The position numbers and the translations under genes are program-made. The notes under the pieces are model-generated. The model ran no database searches. It was not told the origin of the DNA and saw only the letters and a list, made by a program, of their open reading frames with translations. From NCBI GenBank assembly GCA_025464915.1, contig JAODNF010000341.1:1-49961 (forward strand): a stretch of 49,961 nucleotides of DNA, in the 5' to 3' direction. Numbering within the stretch: position 1 is the stretch's first letter; every line of letters begins with the position of its first letter. This document shows positions 1-9,637 of this stretch, one piece after another. This DNA comes from Frankiales bacterium. Lineage in GTDB: Bacteria > Actinomycetota > Actinomycetes > Mycobacteriales > SCTD01.

Positions 1-1090
1 CGTCGTCGAGCACCTCGACCAGCACGTCGGACGCCGTCGACGACACCGTCATCCGCACCGACTCGGAGTATCGGTAGGCGTTGTCGACGAGCGGTGACAG
101 CAGCCGCTCGACCACGCCGTCCTCCGCGCCGGCGAACTGCGACCCGGGCGACGCCGTCACCTCGTCGACCAGGCGCTGGGCGACGGCGACCGCGTCGCAG
201 CGCCCGCGCACCGCGCCGGCCTCGGCGCGCGCCGCGGTGAGCAGGGTGTCGAGGATCCGCTCCATCCGCAGGGCGCCCTCGCCGATGACCGCGATCGCGG
301 CCTCGGCCTCGGCGGGGGTACGGGGACGGGAGCTGAACAGGTCCGCCTCGGCGATGATGCCGGCCAGCGGGGTGCGCAGCTCGTGGCTGATCTCGGCCGA
401 CAGCTGCTGCTCCCGGCGGAGCACGGCGGACAGCCGCCCGAGCACGCCGTCGAGGGTGTTCGCCAGCTCGGCGAGCTCGCCCGGGCGGGATTCGCCGCCG
501 AAGCGGCCCGAGGTGTCGGTCGCCGACCACTCGCCGGCCTGAGCGGTCATCTCGGCGACCGGTCTCAGCGCCCGCGAGGCGACGTTGCGGGCGACGAGAT
601 AGACGACGCCGACCAGCAGGATGCCGAGGGCGAGCGCGCCCTCGATGGTGGTGCGGGCGCTGCGTCGGTAGGGCTCGAGGCTCACCGCGGCGACGAGCGT
701 CCCGACCTGCCTGCCGCCGCTGTCGACGGCGAGGGACAGGAACTCGCTGCCCTGGGTCGTCACCAGCCGGTCGTGCGTGCGGGCCAGCTTGTCGGCCTCC
801 GCCTGCAGCGACGAGGCGCCGCGCGGCCGCTCGACGACGGTCGTCCCGTCGTACACCCAGATGCCGGTGTCGAGCGCGGCGTCGCTCTCGGTCGCCGTGA
901 CGTGCCCGCCGTGCACCGTCACCGAGCCGAGCGCGGTGTCGGCCCGGCTGCGCAGCACGTTCTCGGCCTCGACGGCGAGGCGGCGGTCGAGCAGCCAGCC
1001 GAACAGCGCGGTCAGGACGACGACAGCGGTGCCGGCCGTGAGGGTCGCCGAGAGCGCCAGCCGGCCGCGCAGGGTCCGGGGTCCTCTCAC
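1..1090 (-). CDS. Sensor histidine kinase, partial (C-terminal end lies beyond the left window edge)
   Basis: Absent from the ORF track because it runs off the edge. Reverse-strand translation starts at GTG 1090-1088, the first start after an in-frame TAG. It gives two hydrophobic segments (LSATLTAGTAVVVLTALFGW and ALALGILLVGVVYLVA), a HAMP-like linker, the H-box SAEISHELRTPLAGI and the N-box ERLLSPLVDNAYRY. It lies 31 nt downstream of the OmpR-type regulator gene on the same strand. Confidence 0.85.
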   Translation of the reverse strand, partial: MRGPRTLRGRLALSATLTAGTAVVVLTALFGWLLDRRLAVEAENVLRSRADTALGSVTVHGGHVTATESDAALDTGIWVYDGTTVVERPRGASSLQAEADKLARTHDRLVTTQGSEFLSLAVDSGGRQVGTLVAAVSLEPYRRSARTTIEGALALGILLVGVVYLVARNVASRALRPVAEMTAQAGEWSATDTSGRFGGESRPGELAELANTLDGVLGRLSAVLRREQQLSAEISHELRTPLAGIIAEADLFSSRPRTPAEAEAAIAVIGEGALRMERILDTLLTAARAEAGAVRGRCDAVAVAQRLVDEVTASPGSQFAGAEDGVVERLLSPLVDNAYRYSESVRMTVSSTASDVLVEVLDD

Positions 1091-1121
1091 AGGGCGCAGG
1101 CTACGTCGGCACGGGCGGCCG

Positions 1122-1787
1122 TCAGGAGCTGACGACGCGGTACCCGACGCCGCGGACGGTCTCGATGCGGTCGGGGGCGCCGACCTGCGTCAGCTTGCGA
1201 CGGACCCGGGCGACGTACTGGTCCAGGGTGTTCTCGTGGACGATCGCGCCGTCCGGCCAGCCGGAGCGCAGCAGCTCCCGACGGCGCACGACCTCGCCGG
1301 GGTGCCCGAGCAGGGCCGCGAGCAGCCGGAACTCGGTCGGGGACAGCGGCGCGCTCTGGCCGTCGTGGGTCAGGGCGTGCTGGGCCGGGTCGAGGACCAG
1401 GCCGGTGCCGGTCGACGGCGGCGAGGTCTCGTTGCGCCGCAGCAGCACCCGCAGCCGCGCCAGCAGCTCGGGGATGTGGAACGGCTTGGTGAGGTAGTCG
1501 TCGCCGCCGGCGGCGAAGCCCGCCATCCGCTCGTGCACCGCGTCGCGAGCCGTGAGGAACAGCACGGGCGCGTGCACCCCGCGAGTGCGCAGGGCCAGGC
1601 AGACGTCCCGGCCGTCGGCGTCGGGCAGGCCGATGTCGAGCACGATCGCGTTGGTGTCGGCGGTGGCCGTCGACAGGGCGGTGTTCCCGTCGGCGGCCGT
1701 GACGACCTGCAGGCCCTCCTCGCGAAGGACGCGGGCGACGACGTCACGGAGCTGGTGGTCGTCTTCGACGACAAGCACGGTGGGCAT
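1122..1787 (-). CDS. OmpR/PhoB-family response regulator
   Basis: ORF 1122..1808 trimmed to ATG 1787 (MPTVLVVEDD). The receiver has the acidic pair, an acceptor Asp in IVLDIGLPDADG, LTARD, and Lys in YLTKPF. The C-terminal winged helix (LSPTEFRLLAALL ... VRGVGYRV) is typical of the OmpR family. Confidence 0.9.
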   Translation of the reverse strand: MPTVLVVEDDHQLRDVVARVLREEGLQVVTAADGNTALSTATADTNAIVLDIGLPDADGRDVCLALRTRGVHAPVLFLTARDAVHERMAGFAAGGDDYLTKPFHIPELLARLRVLLRRNETSPPSTGTGLVLDPAQHALTHDGQSAPLSPTEFRLLAALLGHPGEVVRRRELLRSGWPDGAIVHENTLDQYVARVRRKLTQVGAPDRIETVRGVGYRVVSS

Positions 1788-1926
1788 GCGTCCAGCGTGC
1801 CACACCACCTGTACGGCACTGGACGTGTGGACTCAGAAGGTCAGTCGACTGTCAGGTGAGCCAGATGTCACCCATCGTTTACGTTTGCGCCCGTGACCTC
1901 CGTCACCACCCAGCCGTTGGAGGACC

Positions 1927-3249
1927 GTGCGGACCCGGCTCATCCCCCTGCTTGTCCTTGCTGCCCTCCTCCCCGTCCTGGCGCCGCACGGCGCCCAGGC
2001 GGCCTCCGGGCGCGTCCAGGGCATCGACACCGCGAAGTACCAGCACGACGGCGGGCGCGCGATCGACTGGAACGCCGTGAGGGGGTCCGGTCAGCGGTTC
2101 GCCTTCATCAAGGCGACCGGCCACGCGGACAAGACTGACCCGTGGTTCGCCCGCGACTGGGCCGCCGCAGGCCGCGCCGGGATGATCCGCGGCGCCTACC
2201 ACTACGCCGACCCGTCGAGCAGCGCCGTCGCGCAGGCCGACGCGATCGTCAACGTCGTCGGCAGCACCCGCGAGGCAGGCGACCTCGGCATCGTGCTGGA
2301 CCTCGAGAGCACCGGCGGCAGGTCGCCCTCGGCGCTCGCCGCCTGGGCGCACGCCTTCCTGAACCGGGTGGAGAGCCGCACCGGTCGGCTGCCGATCCTC
2401 TACACCTACGTCAGCTTCTGGTCCGGCCCGATGGCGAACAACCGCAGCTTCGGGGCGTACCCGCTGTGGCTCGCCCGCTACGGCGCCGAACCGCGGCCGC
2501 TGGCCGGCTGGAACCGCTGGACGTTCTGGCAGCACACCTCGTCGGCGCGCGTGTCCGGCATCGTCGGTGCCGTCGACCACGACGTCCTGTGCTGCAGCGC
2601 CGGCACGCTGGCCGCGCTCGCGGACGGGCGCACGCCGGCCATCACGCGGCTCTGGCACAGGCTCGGCGGCGCGTCCGGCGCCCTCGGCCTGCCGACCGGA
2701 CCTGAGGCCGCGGTCCCCGGTGGCTGGGGGCAGGCGTTCGAGCACGGCTACGTCGCGTCCACCTCGGTCCACGGCACCTGGGCGGTGCTGTCACCGATCT
2801 GGGAGCGGTACTCCTCGGTCAGAGGCGCCGCCGGCCCGCTGGGTGTGCCGGTCGCTGCCGCGGCCGAGCCGGTCCCCGGGGTCGTCTCGCAGCAGTTCAC
2901 CGGCGGCCTCATCCTGTGGTCGCGGCTGACCGGGGCCCAGCCCCTTCTGGGCGCGATGCTCCACCGCTGGCGCAAGGACGGCGGCGTGCGGTCGCAGGAG
3001 GGACTGCCGACCGGTCCCCGCGTCGGTGTGGCGCAGCAGTTCCGCGGGGGCGGCCTCTACGCCACCTCGACCGGCGTCCACCTGGTGCCCGGCGCGATCC
3101 GTGACCGCTACGAGTCGCTCGGCGGGCCCTCGTCCGTCCTCGGCCTCCCTGCGTCCGAGGCCACCGCCTTCCACGGCGGGCGCCTGGTGTCCTTCGACCT
3201 CGGGACGCTCATCGAGCTGACGGTCGGCGGCCACACCGTCGTCGTCTGA
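1927..3249 (+). CDS. Secreted GH25 muramidase (lysozyme) with C-terminal LGFP repeats
   Basis: Signal peptide MRTRLIPLLVLAALLPVLAPHGAQA. GH25-type motifs GIDTAKYQ, FAFIKATG, RGAYHYA, IVLDLE and FWQHTS. The C-terminal half holds four LGFP-like repeats beginning LGLPTGPE, LGVPVAAA, EGLPTGPR and LGLPASEA. Confidence 0.85.
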   Translation: MRTRLIPLLVLAALLPVLAPHGAQAASGRVQGIDTAKYQHDGGRAIDWNAVRGSGQRFAFIKATGHADKTDPWFARDWAAAGRAGMIRGAYHYADPSSSAVAQADAIVNVVGSTREAGDLGIVLDLESTGGRSPSALAAWAHAFLNRVESRTGRLPILYTYVSFWSGPMANNRSFGAYPLWLARYGAEPRPLAGWNRWTFWQHTSSARVSGIVGAVDHDVLCCSAGTLAALADGRTPAITRLWHRLGGASGALGLPTGPEAAVPGGWGQAFEHGYVASTSVHGTWAVLSPIWERYSSVRGAAGPLGVPVAAAAEPVPGVVSQQFTGGLILWSRLTGAQPLLGAMLHRWRKDGGVRSQEGLPTGPRVGVAQQFRGGGLYATSTGVHLVPGAIRDRYESLGGPSSVLGLPASEATAFHGGRLVSFDLGTLIELTVGGHTVVV

Positions 3250-3318
3250 TCGAGGTCCCAGCGCTTGACGGATCGGCCTGGGTGCGAACCCCAGGGCGGT
3301 TCGCTGCGTCTCAAGGCC

Positions 3319-4551
3319 ATGGACCTCTCCCGGCGGGCGTTCGCGCTCGGATCCCTCGGCGCGCTCGCCGCGTGCGGCGGTCAGTCGCACAACACGCGGT
3401 CGCTGACGCGCCCGTCCCTGCTGGTGCAGGTGCGGTCGGGTACGGCGCGCAGGGTCGCTCTCGGGAGCCTGTCCGCCTCCGACCTGGCCGACGCGCAGCG
3501 CTCGTCCGGGGTCGACCTCCTCGGTGAGGTGTGCGTCAGGGGCAAGAACACGACCATCAGCCCGGCGTCCGCGGCGCTCGCCCTCGGGCTGCTGACGGCC
3601 GGCGCCCGTGGCGACACCGAGAAGCGGCTCAGCGCGCTGCTGCACCTCCCGCGCTGGGGCGACGATGTGGTGGCGGCCTACGCCGCGCAGCACGCCCTGC
3701 TCGCCGGCTTCCGTGATCAGCTGCAGATCGCGAACCGTCCCTACACGGCGACGGGCAACGGCCCCGCCGTCCAGACGCTCGACGACTGGGCGACCGGCTT
3801 CGACGCCGCGCTCACGCAGCTCGACATCTCGGGGCACCCGCAGGCGGCGACGGACCGGGTCAACGCGGACGTCTCGAAGGACACGGCCGGCCTCATCCCG
3901 AAGCTGCTCGAGCAACCGCTCGACGCGGCGACGTCGTTCGTCCTCGTCAACGCTGTGCACCTCAAGGCCGACTGGCTGGCGCCCTTCCAGAAGGCGTCGA
4001 CGCAGGCGGCCCCGTTCACCACCGAGTCGGGCCGCAAGGTCGACGTCCAGATGATGTACGGCGGCGGCTTCGGGACCGGACGCAAGGCCGACGGCTGGCA
4101 GTCCGTTGCGCTGCCCTACCAGGGCAACCACCTCGAGCTGGTGGTGATCCTGCCGCCGCCGGGCGTCGGCTGCGCGGGGCTCACCCACGCGCTGCTCACG
4201 CGGCTGTCGCGCGGAGCGTCGGCGGGCAACGGAGAGGTCAGCATGCCGAAGCTGGACGTGTCGCAGACGCACGACCTGCTCGACGTCCTCCAGAGCCTCG
4301 GGCTCCCGGTGCACGGCGACTACAGCCGGATCGGTGCGGACACCATCACGGGCGTCGTGCAGAAGGACGTCCTCAGGATCGACGAGAAGGGCACCGAGGC
4401 AGCGGCGGCCACCGCCATCACCGGCATGGCGACCGGTCTGGTCGTGAACCCCGTGAGCTTCACGGCGGACCGGCCCTACTTCCTGCTGCTGCAGGACATC
4501 CAGACCGAGACGCCGCTGTTCCTCAGCCACGTCGTCGACCCGACGGCCTGA
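3319..4551 (+). CDS. Serpin-family serine protease inhibitor, predicted lipoprotein
   Basis: ORF 3265..4551 trimmed to ATG 3319, which gives the lipoprotein signal MDLSRRAFALGSLGALAACGG (lipobox LAAC). Serpin core motifs NTTISPASAALALGLL and FVLVNAVHLKADW. Inhibitory-type hinge and reactive-centre loop EKGTEAAAATAITGMATGLVVNPVSF, followed by FTADRPYFLLL. Confidence 0.85.
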   Translation: MDLSRRAFALGSLGALAACGGQSHNTRSLTRPSLLVQVRSGTARRVALGSLSASDLADAQRSSGVDLLGEVCVRGKNTTISPASAALALGLLTAGARGDTEKRLSALLHLPRWGDDVVAAYAAQHALLAGFRDQLQIANRPYTATGNGPAVQTLDDWATGFDAALTQLDISGHPQAATDRVNADVSKDTAGLIPKLLEQPLDAATSFVLVNAVHLKADWLAPFQKASTQAAPFTTESGRKVDVQMMYGGGFGTGRKADGWQSVALPYQGNHLELVVILPPPGVGCAGLTHALLTRLSRGASAGNGEVSMPKLDVSQTHDLLDVLQSLGLPVHGDYSRIGADTITGVVQKDVLRIDEKGTEAAAATAITGMATGLVVNPVSFTADRPYFLLLQDIQTETPLFLSHVVDPTA

Positions 4552-4642
4552 CCAGCTGTTGTAGGAATGCCACAACGAAGGTGGCCATCTTCGGTGGTCC
4601 CCGTCGTGGGCAGTGCTCCCGTCGTACCGGCACGCTTGTGGG

Positions 4643-5536
4643 ATGACGACGGCACTGGTCCGACCCGAGCTCCTCGCTGAGCAGCTCACCGCGCGGCTCG
4701 AGACGGCACTGGCGACCCACCTCGAGCGCGCCCAGGCGTGGTACCCGCACGAGTACGTCCCGTGGGGCCAGGCCAGCGACTTCGCGGAGCTGCCGTTCGA
4801 GGAGGCCCAGAGCCGGCTGTCGCGCGAGGTCCGGGCGAGCGTCCAGCTCAACCTGCTGACCGAGGACAACCTGCCCGGCTACCACGGGGCGATCAGCCGC
4901 GTCATGGGCTACACCGACGTGTGGCGGACCTGGCTCGACCGGTGGACGGCCGAGGAGGGCCGGCACGGCATCGCGCTGCGCGACTACCTCACGGTGACGC
5001 GGGCGGTCGACCCGGTGGTCCTGGAGGACGAGCGGATGCTCACCATGAGTGCCGGCTACGACTCCGGCGACCGTGACGGTCTGAGGGTCATCGCCTACGT
5101 GTCGATGCAGGAGCTCGCGACCCGGGTAGCCCACCGCAACACCGGCAGGTTCTCGAGCGAGCCCGGCCTCGACAGGCTGCTCGCCCGCATCTCCACCGAC
5201 GAGAACCTCCACATGGTCCTCTACCGCGACCTGTTCGGCGCGGCCCTCGAGACCGACCCCGTGCAGGCTCTGCAGGCGCTGCTCGCCGAGGTCGTCGGGT
5301 TCCAGATGCCGGGCACCGGCATCCCCGGGTTCGTGCGACGGGCGGCCGTGGTGGCGCGTGCCGGCATCTACGACCTGACGGTCCACCGCGAGCAGGTGCT
5401 CACGCCGCTGCTCGGGTACTGGCAGGTCTTCGAGCGCCCGTTGCCGCCGGAGGCCGAGGCGGTGCGCGACCAGCTCGCGCTCGTGCTCGAGGAGATCGAC
5501 CGTCGCGCGTCGAAGCAGCGAGCTGGTTCGGCATAG
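4643..5536 (+). CDS. Soluble di-iron acyl-ACP desaturase (DesA-like)
   Basis: ORF 4613..5536; the start may be 4613 or ATG 4643. Motifs [41 protein letters not shown] and TDENLHM are the paired carboxylate/His iron-ligand motifs of this family. Confidence 0.85.
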   Translation: MTTALVRPELLAEQLTARLETALATHLERAQAWYPHEYVPWGQASDFAELPFEEAQSRLSREVRASVQLNLLTEDNLPGYHGAISRVMGYTDVWRTWLDRWTAEEGRHGIALRDYLTVTRAVDPVVLEDERMLTMSAGYDSGDRDGLRVIAYVSMQELATRVAHRNTGRFSSEPGLDRLLARISTDENLHMVLYRDLFGAALETDPVQALQALLAEVVGFQMPGTGIPGFVRRAAVVARAGIYDLTVHREQVLTPLLGYWQVFERPLPPEAEAVRDQLALVLEEIDRRASKQRAGSA

Positions 5537-5544
5537 TTGGGGCG

Positions 5545-8133
5545 GTGACCGGATCCGACATCGCTGAGGACCTGCGCGCCGACATCCGGCTCGTCACCAC
5601 GATGCTCGGCGAGACGCTGGTCCGCAACGAAGGGCAGGACCTGTTCGACCTCGTCGAGCAGGTGCGCGCGTCCTCAGTGGACGACGTCGACCTGGTCGAC
5701 CTCGCGACCACGATCCGGGTGGCCCGCGCCTTCACGTCGTACTTCCACCTCGCCAACGTCACCGAGCAGGTCCACCGCGGCCGCGCGCTGCTGGCCGACC
5801 GGGCCGCGAACGGGGGCTGGGTCGAGCGGGCCCTCTCGCGGATGTCCGAGGTGCCGGCGGACGACGTCGCACGGCTGGCCGTCCGTCCGGTCCTCACCGC
5901 GCACCCGACCGAGGCAGCGCGCCGGTCGATCCTCGACAAGCTCCGGATGGTCGCGGCCCTGCTCGACCAGCAGCCGTCCCCCGCGCGCGACCGCCGGCTG
6001 GCCGAGGCCGTCGACCTGGTGTGGCAGACCGACGAGCTGCGGGTCGACCGGCCCGACCCGCTCGACGAGGCGCGCAACGGGATCTACTACCTCGAGGGGC
6101 TCGGCGCGACCGCCGTCGGCGACGTGCTCGAGGAGCTGCGCGACCAGCTCGCCCGTCGAGGCGTGACGTTCGAGGGCAGCCCGCTGACCTTCGGGACGTG
6201 GATCGGTGGTGATCGCGACGGCAACCCCAACGTCACGCCACTCGTCACCCTCGAGGTGCTGAAGCTGCAGGCCGAGCACGGCACCCGGCTGCTGCTGTCG
6301 CTGCTCGACGACCTGCGCCGCGAGCTGTCGGTGTCGCAGCGGATCAGTGGCGCCTCCGACGACCTGCTGGCGCGGCTGGCCTCGCTGCTGGAGGACGTGG
6401 CCGTCGAGGAGCGCTACCAGCGGCTCAACGCCGAGGAGCCGTACCGGCTGTTCCTCACCTGCTTGCGCGAGCGGCTGCGCGCCGGCACCTTCCGCGGCCT
6501 GCTCGACGACCTGCGGCTGCTCCAGGAGTCGGTGCGTGAGCACCAGGGCCCGCTCGTCGCCGGAGGCGGCGTCGACCGGCTGGTGCGCACGGTGTCGGCC
6601 ATGGGTCTGGTGCTCGCGACCATGGACGTGCGCGAGCACGCGGAGAAGCACCATCACGCGGTCGGCCAGCTGCTCGACCGGACCTGGGAGCTGTCGTTCC
6701 CCTACGCCGACCTCGCGCGCCAGCACCGGCTCGCCGCGCTCTCCAAGGAGCTGCGCTCGCGCCGTCCGCTGGCCTCCAAGCCGCTCCCGCTCGACGAGGA
6801 CGGCGCCCGCACGGCTTCGGTCTTCGACGCGATCGCGTGGGCGCTCGACACCTACGGCGACCGGGCGGTCGAGAGCTACATCATCTCGATGACGCAGGGC
6901 GCGGACGACGTGCTCGCGGCCGTCGTGCTCGCCCGCGAGGCAGGGCTCGTCGACCTCACGGAGGGCGTCGCGCGGATCGGGTTCGTCCCGCTGCTGGAGA
7001 CCGTCGTCGAGCTCGAGGGTGCCGCGGACATCCTGACGGCACTGTTCAGCGACCCGTCCTACCGGCAGCTGCTGTCGCTGCGCGGTGACCTGCAGGAGGT
7101 CATGCTCGGCTACTCCGACTCCAACAAGGCCGGCGGCATCGCCACCTCGCAGTGGCAGATCCACCGGGCGCAGCGGGTGATCCGCGACGTGGCGGCGGCC
7201 TTCGACGTGCGGGTCCGGTTCTTCCACGGACGCGGTGGTTCGGTCGGGCGTGGTGGCGGACCGACCTATGACGCGATCATGGCTCTGCCGAACGGCGCCG
7301 TCGACGGTGCGATCAAGCTGACCGAGCAGGGCGAGGTCATCAGCGACAAGTACGCCCTGCCGGTCCTCGCCCGCGAGAACCTCGAGCTGCTTCTCGCGGC
7401 TGCCCTCGAGGCGACGGTGCTGCACAGGTCCGCCCGCCGCACCTCCGAGCAGGGGGAGCGCTGGGACAGCGCCATGGACGCGGTCTCGTCGGCGGCGCAC
7501 ACGTCGTACCGGTCCCTGGTCGAGGACCCGGACCTACCGGCGTACTTCCTCGCGTCCACCCCGGTGGACCTCCTCGGTGAGCTGCACATCGGGTCGCGTC
7601 CGTCGCGCCGGCCGTCGTCGGCCGGCGGCATCGAGGGGCTGCGGGCCATCCCGTGGGTCTTCGGCTGGACCCAGTCTCGGCAGATCGTGCCGGGCTGGTT
7701 CGGTGTGGGTACGGGGCTCGCGGCCGTTCCCGACCGGGAGCTGCTTCGCGAGATGCACCGGGAATGGAACTTCTTCCGCGCGTTCCTCGGCAACGTGTCG
7801 ATGACCCTGGTGAAGGCCGACCTCGCACTGGCTGCTGTCTACGTCGACCGTCTCGTCGACCCGTCCCTGCGGCGGCTGTTCGACGTCATCCGCACCGAGT
7901 TCGACCTGACCGTCGCGCAGGTCCTCGACGTGACGGGGGAGTCCGAGCTGCTCGGGTCCGACCCGGTCCTGCTGCAGACGCTCCGGACCCGGGAGGCCTA
8001 CCTCGAGCCGCTGCACCGGTTGCAGGTCGACCTGCTCGCGCGCCGCCGGGCCGGCGAGGACGACCCACTGCTCTCCCGAGCCCTGCTGCTCACGGTTAAC
8101 GGCGTCGCGGCCGGCATGCGCAACACCGGCTGA
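5545..8133 (+). CDS. ppc: Phosphoenolpyruvate carboxylase
   Basis: 862 aa starting at GTG. Signatures [31 protein letters not shown] and [14 protein letters not shown], with the characteristic C-terminus [11 protein letters not shown]. Confidence 0.95.
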   Translation: MTGSDIAEDLRADIRLVTTMLGETLVRNEGQDLFDLVEQVRASSVDDVDLVDLATTIRVARAFTSYFHLANVTEQVHRGRALLADRAANGGWVERALSRMSEVPADDVARLAVRPVLTAHPTEAARRSILDKLRMVAALLDQQPSPARDRRLAEAVDLVWQTDELRVDRPDPLDEARNGIYYLEGLGATAVGDVLEELRDQLARRGVTFEGSPLTFGTWIGGDRDGNPNVTPLVTLEVLKLQAEHGTRLLLSLLDDLRRELSVSQRISGASDDLLARLASLLEDVAVEERYQRLNAEEPYRLFLTCLRERLRAGTFRGLLDDLRLLQESVREHQGPLVAGGGVDRLVRTVSAMGLVLATMDVREHAEKHHHAVGQLLDRTWELSFPYADLARQHRLAALSKELRSRRPLASKPLPLDEDGARTASVFDAIAWALDTYGDRAVESYIISMTQGADDVLAAVVLAREAGLVDLTEGVARIGFVPLLETVVELEGAADILTALFSDPSYRQLLSLRGDLQEVMLGYSDSNKAGGIATSQWQIHRAQRVIRDVAAAFDVRVRFFHGRGGSVGRGGGPTYDAIMALPNGAVDGAIKLTEQGEVISDKYALPVLARENLELLLAAALEATVLHRSARRTSEQGERWDSAMDAVSSAAHTSYRSLVEDPDLPAYFLASTPVDLLGELHIGSRPSRRPSSAGGIEGLRAIPWVFGWTQSRQIVPGWFGVGTGLAAVPDRELLREMHREWNFFRAFLGNVSMTLVKADLALAAVYVDRLVDPSLRRLFDVIRTEFDLTVAQVLDVTGESELLGSDPVLLQTLRTREAYLEPLHRLQVDLLARRRAGEDDPLLSRALLLTVNGVAAGMRNTG

Positions 8134-8155
8134 CCCTCCGGGAGGTGTGGGTCAG
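8130..8155. terminator. Weak hairpin between convergent ppc and the GAF-ANTAR gene
   Basis: CTGACCC (8130-8136) pairs with GGGTCAG (8149-8155). It spans both stop codons. There is no U-tract, which is common in high-GC actinobacteria. Confidence 0.3.
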
Positions 8156-8886
8156 AGGCGGATGTCAGCGACGCCAGGGTCCCGGTCCACGACCGCGCGG
8201 GCCACGTCGGCGAGCCGCAGGTTGCGGTTGCGGGCGTAGTCGCGCATCGCGACGAAGGCATCGTCGATGGGACAGCGGAGCGTCACGGCCAAGATCCCTT
8301 TGGCCTGCTCGAGGACGACCCGGCTGGACAGGGCGCTCTGCAGCTGCTCGGCGACAAGGCGGGACTCTCGCAGGGCGCGCTCGTGCAGGAGGCTGATGGT
8401 CGCGATGTCTGCCAGTGCCTGGGCGTTGCGCAGGTCCGGCTCGTGCAGCAGCACGTCCTTGTGCCCGAACAGGTTGAGCGCCCCGATCGTCTGCGAGCGC
8501 AGCCGCAGCGGGACGGCGCTGAAGGCCTGGAACCCGAGGGAACGGGCGTGCGGGGTGAACGTCGGCCACCGGGCCAGGGAGTCCGAGGACCGGGCGGACA
8601 CGGCCAGGCTGGTCGCGACGGCGTCGAGGCAGGGGCCTTCCTCGCTCTGCAGCTCCATCAGCTCGAGGGTGCGGCCCTGCTCGTCGGAGGAGGCCACGAC
8701 CTGCAGCTTGTGCGCGGCGTCGTGAAGCATCACCCCTGCCGAGGCGACGTCGAACAGGCCGACGCAGCGGCTGCTCAGCAGCTGCAGGAACGAGACGACG
8801 TCGAAGCCGGTGACGAGGATGTCGGCGAGCTCGACGAACGTGCGTGCCAGCAGGTCCTCAGGCGGTTCGTGGGACGGATGTGTCAT
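8152..8886 (-). CDS. GAF-ANTAR RNA-binding regulator
   Basis: 244 aa. GAF-like N-domain and ANTAR C-domain RVVLEQAKGILAVTLRCPIDDAFVAMRDYARNRNLRLADVARAVV. SD GAGGAGGA lies just upstream of ATG 8886. Confidence 0.85.
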   Translation of the reverse strand: MTHPSHEPPEDLLARTFVELADILVTGFDVVSFLQLLSSRCVGLFDVASAGVMLHDAAHKLQVVASSDEQGRTLELMELQSEEGPCLDAVATSLAVSARSSDSLARWPTFTPHARSLGFQAFSAVPLRLRSQTIGALNLFGHKDVLLHEPDLRNAQALADIATISLLHERALRESRLVAEQLQSALSSRVVLEQAKGILAVTLRCPIDDAFVAMRDYARNRNLRLADVARAVVDRDPGVADIRL

Positions 8887-8932
8887 CAGATCCTCCTCAG
8901 GGTGAGGCTGGTCGCGAGCTCCGGCGCGGGTG

Positions 8933-9622
8933 TCATGGTGGCCCGAACCGGGTGCGCCGGCCCACCACGTCGGACGCCACGTCCTCGAGCGGGAGCCCGG
9001 TGGAGTAGGCCCGTGCCCGCAACCAGGCCAGCGCGTCGCCGACGTTCAGGCCCGCTTGTGCGGAGACCATCCCGGTGGCCTGGTGGACGACGACCCGCTC
9101 CGAGCTGAGCGATCCCAGCTCGGTGTCGTTCCCGGCGTTGTCGGCCTGCTGCAGCAGGAGCACCGCCTCGGAGGCCAGCTCGGCCAGGCAGATCGCGTCC
9201 TCGAGCTGGTGGACGCTGAGGGGGCCGGCCCGCCCGCGGGCGGCGTCCAGCACGCCGAACCTGGACGCGCCGGCCTGCAAGGGGAAGGCGAAGACCGCAG
9301 CCACCCCCAGGTCGAGAGCGGCGTCCGCAAACAACGGCCACCTTGTCCGGCCCACGCCGGACACGTCGGGCTCCATGGCGGGGCGCCCGCTGCCGTGGGC
9401 GTCCAGGCACGGCCCCTCGCCCAGGCTGAACTGGATCGCCTCCAACGAGCCCACGAAGTCGCCGCAGGTGGCGAGCAGGCTGTGCGCCTGGGCGTCAGCC
9501 GTCAGAGCGATGCCGACCCCGTCGACGCCGAGGGCCTGGCACCCGACCTCGCACAGCCGCATGGGCAGCCGCTGGAGGGTCGTCTCCCCGACCAGGGCGT
9601 GGAGATCCTCTCGCTTGCCCAT
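8933..9622 (-). CDS. GAF-ANTAR RNA-binding regulator (paralog)
   Basis: 229 aa. GAF-like N-domain and ANTAR C-domain RVVVHQATGMVSAQAGLNVGDALAWLRARAYSTGLPLEDVASDVV. It starts 15 nt after the stop of the sugar-transferase gene on the same strand. Confidence 0.85.
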   Translation of the reverse strand: MGKREDLHALVGETTLQRLPMRLCEVGCQALGVDGVGIALTADAQAHSLLATCGDFVGSLEAIQFSLGEGPCLDAHGSGRPAMEPDVSGVGRTRWPLFADAALDLGVAAVFAFPLQAGASRFGVLDAARGRAGPLSVHQLEDAICLAELASEAVLLLQQADNAGNDTELGSLSSERVVVHQATGMVSAQAGLNVGDALAWLRARAYSTGLPLEDVASDVVGRRTRFGPP

Positions 9623-9637
9623 GTGCTGCTCAGCCTG

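Noticed and set aside
81-1859. Plus-strand ORFs 81..542, 383..1132 and 777..1859 covering the left end of the window.
   Set aside because: The minus strand here encodes a histidine kinase (H-box and N-box present) and an OmpR-type regulator. The plus-strand products are low-complexity shadows.
1809-1926. Possible riboswitch, for example a cyclic-di-AMP (ydaO-type) element of the kind often found upstream of actinobacterial wall hydrolases, ahead of the GH25 gene.
   Set aside because: The leader is at most about 118 nt. By eye I could not find the conserved ydaO-type sequence blocks or its pseudo-symmetric helices. A covariance-model scan would be needed to exclude it formally.
2791-4869. Very long antisense or alternate-frame ORFs. 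Examples: 2791..4869 (-), 5674..7500 (-), 8930..11620 (+), 11617..13545 (+), 29384..31441 (+), 35591..37513 (-), 37677..39383 (-), 41754..43256 (+), 44007..45233 (+), 47636..49120 (-).
   Set aside because: Each lies opposite or out of frame to a gene with clear family motifs. Their products are Arg/Gly/Pro/Ala-rich low-complexity strings with no recognisable motif. This is the expected artefact of very high GC3, where stop codons are rare in non-coding frames.
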